64,000 nt of DNA from Nitrospirota bacterium (lineage in GTDB: Bacteria > Nitrospirota > UBA9217), in NCBI GenBank assembly GCA_963796285.1, contig CAWCKW010000012.1:1504001-1568000 (forward strand). Direction: 5' to 3'. How positions within the stretch are numbered: position 1 is the first letter of the stretch; each line of letters starts with the position of its first letter. The notes under the pieces were generated by a model, which saw only the letters and a program-made list of their open reading frames with translations, searched no databases and was not told where the DNA came from. The position numbers were made by a program, and so were the translations under genes. Shown in pieces: positions 41,299 through 52,616 of this stretch.

Positions 41299-42627
41299 AT
41301 GAACCCTATTTGTATAGTAGACGACGTTTCTTCCATCACTTCCACGGTAGAGAGCATTCTGAAGGACGAGGGGTATCCCGCCATCTCATTTCCGGATGCG
41401 GAGAGCTTCTGGCAGAGGCTCGAGACAATGGAGCCCTCGCTCGTTCTGCTGGATATCTGGCTCCCCGGAATTGACGGCATGCAACTCCTGAAACGTCTGC
41501 ATTCCCGATTCCCCGAACTCCCCGTCATCATGATGAGCGGACATGCCGGTATCGATGCGGCGGTTGCTGCCATAAAGGCCGGCGCCTATGATTTTCTCGA
41601 AAAACCGCTGCAGTTGGAGGTCCTGCTCGACAAGGTGGCGTCTGCCCTTAAGCACCGGCCAGCCGTGAGCAGCGAGACCCTGCCCTCGGATACAAGGCTT
41701 GAGATCGTCAGTGCCGGCCATTCGGTGCCTCCCGGCGTAGTGGACGTGGTGGATTCCCCTGAACCTCAGCGTACCCTCAAAAGGAATGTGGTCCTGAACG
41801 GCATCGGGCTTCTGAGCGGCCGGAACACCGGTGTCATCCTGAGCCCTCTCGGGACCAACGAGGGGATCGTCTTTCAAACGCTTGACGGTCAGACCATCCG
41901 TGGACATATCACGTCCCTTGAGGATTTCTCCCAGACTGGCCCATCGAAGACCTTTTCCGCCAACTCCACCACCCTGGACAACGGCAGGCGGCGGGTGCGC
42001 ACCATTGAGCACCTGATGGCGGTGCTTTCCATGTACGGCATCACCAACGTGCTCGTAAAGGCCGACGAGGAGATACCGAACATAGACGGCTCTGCCAAGG
42101 ATTTTTGCGACCTCATAGAAGCGGCAGGGATAGAGGAACAGCCTGCTAAGACCAAGGTTGCCGTCATCCGCCAGAAGATCGGAGTGGGTAACGAGACAAA
42201 ACATGAAAAGCATCTTATTGCGGAGCCCTTTGAAGGGTTCGAAATATCGATGAGGGTTGACTACCCTTTACCTATCGGCGAACAGGTCCTCACGTTCAAT
42301 CCTGAACGAGGGTCTTTTGCAAAGGAAATAGCCCCGGCCCGCTCCTTCAACACCTTTGAAAATATCGAAATAGCCCAGAAGCTTGGAAAAGTTGGAGGCG
42401 GATATCTCCATTCACACATCATCATGTACGACGGCAAGGTCATCAACACGGAACTCCGTTATCCCGACGAATTCGTTCGCCACAAGATATTGGACCTGAT
42501 CGGAGACCTCTGCCTTCTCGGCCTTCACATCAGAGGACGCATTATTGCCAACATGACCTCTCACGGCTACAATCAGGTTTTGGTGCAACGCTTGTACCAG
42601 GCTGTTCAGAACAGCTCCAGTCGGTAG
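41299..42627 (+). CDS. lpxC: Receiver domain fused to UDP-3-O-acyl-GlcNAc deacetylase LpxC
   Basis: REC: IVDD, LLDIWLPGIDG, MSGH, FLEKP; LpxC: QRTL, TIEHLMA.L, EIP..DGSA, EIAPARSF, EFVRHKILDLIGDL, SH. Confidence 0.9.
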   Translation: MNPICIVDDVSSITSTVESILKDEGYPAISFPDAESFWQRLETMEPSLVLLDIWLPGIDGMQLLKRLHSRFPELPVIMMSGHAGIDAAVAAIKAGAYDFLEKPLQLEVLLDKVASALKHRPAVSSETLPSDTRLEIVSAGHSVPPGVVDVVDSPEPQRTLKRNVVLNGIGLLSGRNTGVILSPLGTNEGIVFQTLDGQTIRGHITSLEDFSQTGPSKTFSANSTTLDNGRRRVRTIEHLMAVLSMYGITNVLVKADEEIPNIDGSAKDFCDLIEAAGIEEQPAKTKVAVIRQKIGVGNETKHEKHLIAEPFEGFEISMRVDYPLPIGEQVLTFNPERGSFAKEIAPARSFNTFENIEIAQKLGKVGGGYLHSHIIMYDGKVINTELRYPDEFVRHKILDLIGDLCLLGLHIRGRIIANMTSHGYNQVLVQRLYQAVQNSSSR

Positions 42628-42716
42628 GTCGGGTAGATCATGGCGAAACCCGGCTGAATGCGATCAAATCGTTCTCTGGAACATGTAGGGTTTCACTTCG
42701 CTCTACCAGCCCGTAG
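42624..42716. repeat. Degenerate GTAG-type REP doublet
   Basis: GTAGGTCGGGTAGA..GAAACCC and inverted GGGTTTC..TCTACC between convergent genes. Confidence 0.5.
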
Positions 42717-42790
42717 GCTTAAAAGCTGCCTTATAACAAGTCATGCAAGGACCTGTGGCCGCTCAATTCTTCAAATAGGCGTACAAGCGC

Positions 42791-43582
42791 TTATCGCACC
42801 TTCCGACGTTCCACCTCTCGCAGTATCTCGGCCATCCGCTCATGCACTTTTCCATTGCTCGCGAGGATCTCGTCGTCGCGGATGCTGAATCTCGAACCGG
42901 AAAGATCCGATACCCTGCCTCCCGCCTCGGTCACGATGAGGCTCCCTGCCGCCACGTCCCAGGGTTTGAGCTTGAGTTCCCAAAAACCATCGAACCTTCC
43001 GGACGCAACATAGCAGAGGTCGAGAGCCGCGGAGCCGTCGCGACGCACTTCCTGCGAGGCCATAAGAAGATCGTGGAAGTAATCCAGGTTGTTCTTGTCA
43101 CTCACCTTGCGATCGTAGGGAAATCCCGTGGCAAGAAGACTTTTTATGAGCGTATCGATACCGGAGACCCTGATCTGCTTTCCGTTCAAGAACGCGCCTT
43201 TCCCCTTCTGTGCCGAGAACAGTTCATCCCTCATGGGGTCATACACGACGCCAAGAACGATCTCATCGTCTTGTTCAAGGGCGATGGAAACGGAAAAGCA
43301 GGGATATCCGTGCGCGTAGTTTGTGGTGCCGTCCAGGGGGTCGATGATCCAGGTAAATCCGGAACCGTTGCGGATCGTGGTCTCTTCTTCGGCAATGATC
43401 CCATGATCGGGAAAAGATGCGAGCAGCGTCTCGACCACCGCCCGTTCGGACCTCGTGTCCATCTCGGTGACCAGGTTGATGTCGCCTTTAAACGTGATCT
43501 CGCGAATGCCGTGAATATTGTCTCTTAAAATCCCGCCGGCCTTGAGTGCCGCTTCACGGGCAACGGATAAAAGGTCTTTCAT
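42791..43582 (-). CDS. suhB: Inositol monophosphatase family protein
   Basis: LVTE.D, WIIDPLDGTTNYAHG, ATGFPY, RR.GSAALDL, WDVAAG. Confidence 0.9.
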   Translation of the reverse strand: MKDLLSVAREAALKAGGILRDNIHGIREITFKGDINLVTEMDTRSERAVVETLLASFPDHGIIAEEETTIRNGSGFTWIIDPLDGTTNYAHGYPCFSVSIALEQDDEIVLGVVYDPMRDELFSAQKGKGAFLNGKQIRVSGIDTLIKSLLATGFPYDRKVSDKNNLDYFHDLLMASQEVRRDGSAALDLCYVASGRFDGFWELKLKPWDVAAGSLIVTEAGGRVSDLSGSRFSIRDDEILASNGKVHERMAEILREVERRKVR

Positions 43583-43649
43583 TTGTCCTCCGGGACCATT
43601 ACTAAGGTATGCGTGACGGAAGGATACTACCATATTTCAGTACGTTATC

Positions 43650-43685
43650 AAAAAATAAAAAGGGTAAGGCTTGTGCGCCTTACCC
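43650..43685 (-). terminator. Intrinsic terminator after HTH gene
   Basis: GGGTAAGGC-6-GCCTTACCC stem followed by T-rich tract on minus strand. Confidence 0.75.
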
Positions 43686-43737
43686 ATCAAACGACATTAT
43701 CAGCGATGACGAACGGTGAAAAAATTAACTGGATCGG

Positions 43738-43926
43738 CTACTGAACGATCCGCTCCATCCCAACGCCAAGATAGTCCGCCAGGAGTTTTACCGTACGAGG
43801 TTTCATGGTGACTCCCCTCAAGGTTCTCGATACGGTCACCTTATGCATACCCAGCGTGTCAGCGATCTCTGTGTAGCTCAGCCCCTTCTCCAGCCGCTTT
43901 TTTTCAAGCATTTCAATTCGATACAT
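43738..43926 (-). CDS. Small XRE/Cro-like HTH protein
   Basis: 62 aa, R.EKGLS..EIA..LG....TVSR.L.G; AGGAG upstream, own terminator. Confidence 0.8.
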   Translation of the reverse strand: MYRIEMLEKKRLEKGLSYTEIADTLGMHKVTVSRTLRGVTMKPRTVKLLADYLGVGMERIVQ

Positions 43927-44264
43927 GGCCTGGCTCCTTTGTAAAGAGTTATTCTTGCCCGAAAACATATACCTTGATTATATAAAAAACAAATTATTAA
44001 TGGTTATAACTATAGCACAAACATTTGCATTTTATACACTGAAGGATAATTATTTTTGCAACTTTTTGTTTATATTAGATGGGAAGCGGGGTATATATCG
44101 TCCGAAATGACACTTGCGGAATATTCAAAAAAGCCGGGGATTAAACTCTTTGAAAGATCATGGGGCTATATTAGCCTATCATGATAAATGGGATACAGAT
44201 AATTTGTTTCGGCTTCTTTTCTGGTCCGCCTTGTCCGATTTAGACAATCCGCTCACGGCAAACG

Positions 44265-45101
44265 CTAACGTATGCTCCATCGATGGGGCTTGTGGCAGGT
44301 CTTGCAGCTCTTGCCTGAAGCGTGGACCGGTTTAAGCGCCAGAACCTCTCGGGTATGGCAACGCAGGCAGTCGTCGTCGCTCGGCTTAATGCGGGCATGA
44401 GGCTTGTGGCACTCATAGCAGTTCAGCCGCGCCATCGGCACCCTGTCCGGGAAGGACGTCTTTGACGACTTCCGGTGGCAGGTCAGGCACCGGTCCCGGT
44501 CCGGGATAAAGGCTTCCCGTTGCTTTGGCGAGAAGGCATGGCATCTGAGACAGGAGATATTCTCCATTCCCACTCCGTGAATTTCCCAATTCTTGTGACA
44601 GCGAAGACAGGCGTCCTTGTCGGGCCTGAAGGAATGCACCGTCCGGCTGTGACAATCCTTGCAAGCGAGCTTTTCCATAAAGACGTGCCGCGCATGACCC
44701 GTTGACTTATTCACGGTCAGTGACCCCTGGGCAGCCTCATCCCAGTGGCACTTCGTGCAGGTCTTCCACGGGGTCTCGTTCCCGTGCGGTTCGGGCGTTT
44801 TCCGGCCCGGTGAAAAAATGAATTTGACCAGCAACCCGTTCTGCTCCATCATGCCGAGCTGGTGGCATCCCTGGCATACGATATTCCTGTGGCCGGAGAG
44901 CTTCCATGCCGTGTACGCCTCTTCCATGAGATGGCAGCTGTTGCAGAACTCGGGATCTTTTTGGATATAGTTGTAGTAGCGGACCGCCAGCACGATACCC
45001 AGGACCGAAATGATGAACATGAGGGAAACAATGATGACCTTGTCCCGCGGGCTGAGACCCTGTTCGAGCTTGTCGATTATTTTGGAGATTAGTTTATACA
45101 T
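44265..45101 (-). CDS. Membrane-anchored decaheme c-type cytochrome
   Basis: N-terminal TM then ten CxxCH motifs; PEFCNSCH.M...Y..W..S.H resembles NapC/NirT start. Confidence 0.9.
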   Translation of the reverse strand: MYKLISKIIDKLEQGLSPRDKVIIVSLMFIISVLGIVLAVRYYNYIQKDPEFCNSCHLMEEAYTAWKLSGHRNIVCQGCHQLGMMEQNGLLVKFIFSPGRKTPEPHGNETPWKTCTKCHWDEAAQGSLTVNKSTGHARHVFMEKLACKDCHSRTVHSFRPDKDACLRCHKNWEIHGVGMENISCLRCHAFSPKQREAFIPDRDRCLTCHRKSSKTSFPDRVPMARLNCYECHKPHARIKPSDDDCLRCHTREVLALKPVHASGKSCKTCHKPHRWSIR

Positions 45102-45180
45102 GGTAAGATCAGGTTTTAGGATCCGGAGGCCCGACTTCACATCGGTTACACGTGATATGTTCCTAGTTCCCGGCTCCTGA

Positions 45181-46197
45181 CTACTGTATTAAGCGCTCTG
45201 CGATCTGCACGGCGTTCAGCGCCGCGCCCTTGCGCAGGTTGTCGGACACGATCCACATATTGATGCCATTCGGGATCGACTCGTCTTCCCTGATCCTGCC
45301 CACGTAGACCTCGTCCTTGCCCGCCACATCGATCGCAAGCGGATAGAGGTTTCTCTTCGGATCATCGTACACGATAATGCCCGGTGCAGCCGAAAGGATG
45401 GCCCGTGCTTCGTTGGCCGATATGTTCTTCTCCGTCTCGATGTTCACGGACTCGGAGTGGCAGCGGAACACCGGTACGCGGACCGTTGTGGCGGTCACGC
45501 GGATGGAATCGTCTCCCATGATCTTCCTCGTCTCGTTCACCATCTTCATCTCTTCCTTGGTGTAGCCGTTGTCGAGGAAGGCATCGATATGCGGGAGACA
45601 ATTGAACGCGATCTGGTGCGGATAGACCTTCGTTTCAATATCCCTGAAGTTCAGGAGCGCGACGGTCTGTCCCGCCAGCTCATCTATGGCATCCTTGCCC
45701 GTTCCGGAAACAGACTGAAAGGTCGTGACCACGATGCGCTTGATCTTCACAGCGTCATGGATCGGTTTCAGCACCATGACCATGCCCGATGGTGGAGCAG
45801 TTCGGGTTGGCAATGATGCCCGCTGTGCTTCGCGATCGCATGGGCGTTCACCTCCGGCACCACAAGCGGCACCATCGGTTCCATGCGGAAGGCGCTCGAG
45901 TTGTCAATGACCACGGCGCCGGACTTCACCGCTGCCGGGGCGAACTCTATGCTGCGTTCGGCACCTGCCGAAAAGAGCGCGATGTCCACGTCCTTGAACG
46001 CGTCCTTGGTCAACTTCCGGACAACCAGCTTCTTGCCGTTAAACTCGACCCTCTCGCCCTCGGAACGCTCCGACGCAAGCGGGATCAGCTCGGACACCGG
46101 GAAATTCGCGCTCCTCGAGGATTTCGATCATTTCCCTGCCCACAGCGCCGGTGGCGCCGACAACGGCAACTACATATTTAGTTTTTTTCTTGAGCAT
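45181..46197 (-). CDS. asd: Aspartate-semialdehyde dehydrogenase, common bacterial type (frameshifted)
   Basis: VAVVGATGAVG, ALFSAG, IDNSSAFRM, VPEVN, IANPNCST, QSVSGTG, YTKEEMKM, DNLRKGAALNAVQIAE across frames. Confidence 0.92.
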
Positions 46198-46236
46198 GAG
46201 TTTAAAGAAAATTTAAAACCTTTCACGTAAGGAGTC

Positions 46237-46332
46237 CGTCATTCCCGAATGATTCTATCGGGAATCCAGCTGCTTCATAAATAAATGAGGAGACACAACG
46301 CCTCTGGATTCCGGGTCAAGCCCGGAATGACG
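46237..46332. repeat. REP-like palindromic element (GTCATTCC...GGAATGAC)
   Basis: CGTCATTCCCGA..TCGGGAATCCAG ... CTGGATTCCGGGTCAAGCCCGGAATGACG; terminal and internal inverted repeats. Confidence 0.8.
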
Positions 46333-46351
46333 ATTTACAGGGGAATTTCTT

Positions 46352-47464
46352 CTATTTCTCCACCACGATCCGCAGCATGCGCCGAAGCGGTTCCGCCGCG
46401 CCCCACAGGAGCTGGTCGCCGCAGGTGAAGGCGTTCAGGAACGTCGGCCCCATGTTCATCTTGCGCAATCGTCCGATCGGCACGGTGAGCGTGCCGGTGA
46501 TCGCCGCCGGGGTCAGCTCGCGTATGGTTATCTCACGATTATTCGGGACGACCTTGACCCACTTGTTGTGCTTGGCGATCATGTCGGTGATCTCGGCAAG
46601 AGGCACGTCCCTGGTCATTTTTATCGTCAAGGCCTGGCTGTGGCAGCGCATGGCGCCGACGCGCACGCAGGTCCCGTCGATCGGGATCGGATTGCCTTCG
46701 CGGCCCAGGATCTTGTTCGTCTCGGCCTGGCCCTTCCACTCTTCCTTGCTCTGTCCGTTGTCGAGCTGCTTGTCGATCCAGGGGATGACAGAACCGGCAA
46801 GCGGCACACCGAAGAACTCTTTGGGATACGCATCGGAGCGGATGTGGTCGGACACCTTGCGGTCGATCTCGAGGATCGCGCCTGACGGGTCGTCCAGCAG
46901 GTCTTTACCGTGCCATGGATAGAACCCATCTGCTTCAGCAGCTCGCGCATGTTGTTCGCGCCCGCGCCCGAGGCCGCCTGGTAGGTCATGGCGCTCATCC
47001 ATTCCACCAGCCCGCGCTCGTACAGCCCGCCCAGGGCCATGAGCATGAGCGACACCGTGCAGTTTCCGCCGATGTAGTTCTTGATGCCCTTGGCCATGCC
47101 GTTCTTGATCACGTTCAGGTTGACCGGATCGAGGATGATGATGGCGTCTTTGTCCATGCGAAGGGCGGACGCAGCATCGATCCAGTAGCCCTTCCAGCCG
47201 GCAGCGCGCAGCTTGGGATAAACCTCGTTCGTGTAATCGCCACCCTGGCAGGAGACAATGGTCATCCATCGCCTTCAGCTCATCGATGTTCTTGGCATCC
47301 TTGAGCGCCGGGACGTCCTTGCCGATATTCGGCCCCTTGCCGCCAACGTTCGAGGTGGTGAAGAACACCGGGTCGATAAGATTGAAATCCTTTTCCTCGT
47401 TCATGCGGCCCATGAGCACCGAGCCCACCATGCCGCGCCAACCGATAAAGCCTACTCGCATCAT
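46352..47464 (-). CDS. asd: Aspartate-semialdehyde dehydrogenase, gamma/beta-proteobacterial type (frameshifted)
   Basis: [79 protein letters not shown]. Confidence 0.94.
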   Translation of the reverse strand: MMRVGFIGWRGMVGSVLMGRMNEEKDFNLIDPVFFTTSNVGGKGPNIGKDVPALKDAKNIDELKAMDDHCLLPGWRLHERGLSQAARCRLEGLLDRCCVRPSHGQRRHHHPRSGQPERDQERHGQGHQELHRRKLHGVAHAHGPGRAVRARAGGMDERHDLPGGLGRGREQHARAAEADGFYPWHGKDLLDDPSGAILEIDRKVSDHIRSDAYPKEFFGVPLAGSVIPWIDKQLDNGQSKEEWKGQAETNKILGREGNPIPIDGTCVRVGAMRCHSQALTIKMTRDVPLAEITDMIAKHNKWVKVVPNNREITIRELTPAAITGTLTVPIGRLRKMNMGPTFLNAFTCGDQLLWGAAEPLRRMLRIVVEK

Positions 47465-47546
47465 TGTTCTATTCCCCTCAGTTTTCATATTCGCAATCTT
47501 TAGCTCTAGACCACGCGTACTCCGCAATCCGAATCGTAGTCCGCAA

Positions 47547-48624
47547 TTACACCATCCCCGCCACCATGTCCCCCACTTCCGTCGTGGACATGCCCATCTT
47601 GCCCGCTGCCTGGCTCTTCATCTTCTTCATCACCGCGATCATTGCCGCCTCGATGGCCTGCGATGACTTCGTTTCACCGAGCGAATCGAGCATCATCATG
47701 GCCGCGCCGATGGCCGCCATGGGGTTGATCACCTTCTGGCCCGCGTACTTCGGTGCGCTGCCGCCCATGGGTTCGAACATGGAAACACCCTCGGGGTTGA
47801 TGTTCCCGCCCGAAGCCACGCCGAGCCCGCCCTGGATCATGGCGCCGAGGTCGGTGATGATGTCGCCGAACAGGTTCTCCGTGACAGCTACGTCGAACCA
47901 TTCGGGGTTCTTCACGAACCACATATTCGCGGCGTCGATGTGGTTGTAGTCCCGTTTAAGGTCAGGGTACTGTTTCGCGCCCATCTCCTCGAAGGCACGG
48001 TACCAGAGGTCTCCGCAATGGGTCAGCACATTCCGCTTGTGGATGAGCGTGATCGGCTTTGCGGCATACTTGGGATTCAGGGCATTGCGTTTTCTCTTCA
48101 GTTCAAAGGCATACTTCAGGCAGCGGTCCACCGAGCGCCGGTCGTACACCATGACCTGCGTGGCGATCTCCTCGGACGTACCCACGCGCGTTGCTCCGCC
48201 ATGTCCTGTATAGATGCCGCCCGTGTTCTCACGGATCACCACAAAATCGATATCCTCGGGACCCTTGTCCTTGAGCGGCGTGTCCACGTTCGGATAAAGC
48301 TTCACCGGCCTGAGATTGATGTACTGGTCAAGGGCAAAGCGTATCTTGAGCAGGATCCCCGCTTCCAGGATGCCGGGTTTTACATCCGGATGCCCTATAG
48401 CGCCCAGGAACATGGAATCGAACTTCTTGAATTCGGGGATCGCGCTGTCCGGAAGCGTCTCACCGGTCTTCAAGTACCGGGCAGCGCCGAAATCGAACTC
48501 GGTGAACTCGAGTCTTGAACCCGCCCTTTGCTGCAGCGGCATTGACGACTTTTACCGCTTCTTTAACGACCTCGGGTCCGGTCCCGTCACCGGGGATCAA
48601 TGCGATCTTGTAGGTCTTTGCCAT
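47547..48624 (-). CDS. leuB: 3-isopropylmalate dehydrogenase (frameshifted at 5' end)
   Basis: PGDG.GPEV, LRPVKL, RENT.G.Y, N.FGDIITD, FEP.GGSAP, NP.A.I; follows leuD. Confidence 0.9.
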
Positions 48625-48681
48625 ATTTGAAGACTCCTAACCCGGACAAGCCGGAACTAAAGGTCAAAATCGAAAAGCATC

Positions 48682-48774
48682 TCTCGCAAAGACGCAAAGA
48701 ACGCTAAGAAAATCTTTTAATTTTTATTTAAAAATAATTGAGCCGTTCTTTGCGACCTTTGCGTCTTGGCGAGA
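48682..48774. repeat. Inverted repeat built from 8-9-mers (CGCAAAGA / TCTTTGCG) around an AT-rich spacer
   Basis: TCTCGCAAAGACGCAAAGAACGCTAAGAA versus TTCTTTGCGACCTTTGCGTCTTGGCGAGA. Confidence 0.8.
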
Positions 48775-49001
48775 AATCAGCACTTGACTTTCCTCGCGCT
48801 GCAGTTATTCGTCCGCATCTCGTTGCACTTTTCGTCGCCGGGAATGAAATCCAGTCCGCAGGAATGCTGTGAAGGTTCGCTTGATGAGGAATAGAGACGG
48901 ATCAAGGTTCCCGCTGAAATATACACATTGCTCACAGAGGAGGTCGATCTCGGCTGTTGATCCGGCTGAAGCGCTTTCATCAGCTTGAAACACGCGGTCA
49001 C

Positions 49002-49499
49002 TTACAGCCCTGCCTTCTTCCTCGTGTATGCCATCAGCCCGCCGGCCGCAATGAGCTCCTGCATAAAGGGCGGCACCGGCGCGACCTTGAAGGTCTTCTT
49101 CGAGGTGAGGTTGCGGATCACGCCCGCATCGGCGTCCACCTCGATCTGATCGCCCTCCTTGATCCCATCGACCGCCTCAACGCTCTCGAAGATCGGCAGC
49201 CCCATATTGAAGCAATTCCGGTAAAAGATCCGCGCAAAGCTCTTCGCCACGACGCAGGACACACCGGCGGCCTTGATGGCGATCGGCGCATGCTCGCGGG
49301 ACGATCCGCACCCGAAGTTCTTCTCCGCAACGATGATGTCGCCGGGCTTCATCTTCTTCATGAAGTCGGGGTTCATCGAGTCTTCCATGCAGTGCTTCGC
49401 CAGTTCCTCGGGATCGGACGTGTTCAGATACCGCGCAGGGACGATCGCATCAGTATCGACATCCGCCCCGAATTTCCATGCATTGCCTTTGAATTTCAT
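49002..49499 (-). CDS. leuD: 3-isopropylmalate dehydratase small subunit
   Basis: DVDTD.I.PARYL, NFGCGSSREHAP, SFARIFYRN. Confidence 0.95.
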   Translation of the reverse strand: MKFKGNAWKFGADVDTDAIVPARYLNTSDPEELAKHCMEDSMNPDFMKKMKPGDIIVAEKNFGCGSSREHAPIAIKAAGVSCVVAKSFARIFYRNCFNMGLPIFESVEAVDGIKEGDQIEVDADAGVIRNLTSKKTFKVAPVPPFMQELIAAGGLMAYTRKKAGL

Positions 49500-49622
49500 T
49501 TAAACCCTCCTAAGACTTATCACTGATGTACACGGATATAGATCGAAGCTTACGATTCATCGTGTCTATCTCGTCCATTCGTGTCATTCGTGTCTCTGTT
49601 TGTGTCTCCGTGGTGAAAATTA

Positions 49623-50886
49623 TTACTTCAGTTCTTCCGGCCTTCCGATCCTGCCGAGCACAGCCGATGCGGCCGCGATCGCCGGGATTGGAGAGATAGA
49701 CCTCGCTCTTGGGGTGCCCCATCCTGCCGACAAAGTTCCGGTTCGTCGTGGCAATGGCGCGCTCACCGGCGGCAAGGATGCCCATATGGCCGCCCAGACA
49801 GGGGCCGCAGGTCGGCGTGCTGAAGGCCGCGCCGGCATCGATGAAGATGTCCACGAGGCCTTCTTTAATGCACTGTTTATAGATCGCCTGCGTGGCCGGG
49901 ATCACGATCATGCGGACATAGGGATGCACTTTGTGGCCCTTGATGACCCTGGCCGCCTCACGCATGTCCTCGATCCTGTCCGTTCGTACAGGAACCGACA
50001 ACGGACTGGTCGATATTGATGGCCGCAAGCTGGCTTACCGGCTTCACGTTCTCGGGAAGATGCGGGCAGGCGATCTGCGGCTCCATGCCGGTCAGATCGT
50101 ACTCGCGCACATCCACATAGTTCGCCTTCTTGTCGCTCTTGATAGAACTTATATTTCCGCTGGGCGCGCTTCGCAACATACTTCTCGGTGATCTCATCGG
50201 GCTCGATGATGCCGTTCTTGCCGCCGGCCTCGATGGCCATATTGCAGATCGTCAAACGACCGTACATCGGGAGTTTTTTGATCACCTCGCCGGTAAACTC
50301 CATGGCACGGTACAGGGCTCCGTCCACACCGATATCGCCGATGGTGCGGAGAATGATGTCCTTGCCGCCGACCCACTTGCCGAGCTTGCCCTTGTAGATG
50401 AACTTCATGCTCTCCGGCACCTTGAACCAGGCCTCACCCGTGATCATGGCAGCGGCGACATCGGTGCTGCCCACGCCGGTCGAGAACGCGCCCAGCCCGC
50501 CGTAGGTGCAGGTGTGGCTGTCAGCGCCGATCACCACGTCGCCGGGCACCACGATCCCCTGCTCCGGAAGGAGCGCATGCTCGATGCCCATCCTGCCGAC
50601 CTCGAAATACAGGGAGAGGTCATGCTCCCGCGAGAATTGGCGGAGCAGGTTGCACTGTTCAGCCGAGGCGATGTCCTTGTTCGGCGCAAAGTGGTCGGGA
50701 ATGAGCGCGATCCGCTCGGGATCGAACACCTTTTTCGCCCCCGTCGCGCGAAACTCCTTGATCGAGATCGGGCGCCGTGATATCGTTCGCGAGCACGAGA
50801 TCGAGCTTCGCGTTGATCAGTTCGCCGGGCTTCACTTCTTTTTTGCCGCAGTGCGCGGCCAGTATCTTTTCAGTAATGGTCATCAT
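49623..50886 (-). CDS. leuC: 3-isopropylmalate dehydratase large subunit (several frameshifts)
   Basis: [56 protein letters not shown]. Confidence 0.93.
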
Positions 50887-50920
50887 AGGTTTTTGACTAT
50901 ACAATATCCCTTATTCAGAT

Positions 50921-52451
<1,531 letters not shown>

Positions 52452-52508
52452 ACTGGTTTCCTCAATACTTTGTGGTCACAGGTCCCTCTGGAGCCGACCA
52501 AATAATGT

Positions 52509-52543
52509 AAAAAAAGAGATTAAGACCGCCTTCTTAATCTCTT
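52509..52543 (-). terminator. Intrinsic terminator between pssA and leuA
   Basis: AAGAGAUUAAGA-AGGCGG-UCUUAAUCUCUU perfect 12-bp stem running into a U tract. Confidence 0.85.
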
Positions 52544-52616
52544 GCTCCCTCACTGTCGTAATCGCTATTCCGATCAGAACGGATTAAGGAGAGGCGGTCT
52601 TCTGTCTCCTGAGCAG
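52509..52616 (-). promoter_or_regulatory. Candidate attenuator of leuA with antiterminator inside the pssA 3' end
   Basis: AAGACCGCCU-CUC-CUUAAUC (52601-52582) is complementary in 10+7 bp to the left arm, loop and part of the right arm of the terminator; Leu-Leu codons at 52616-52611. Confidence 0.6.
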
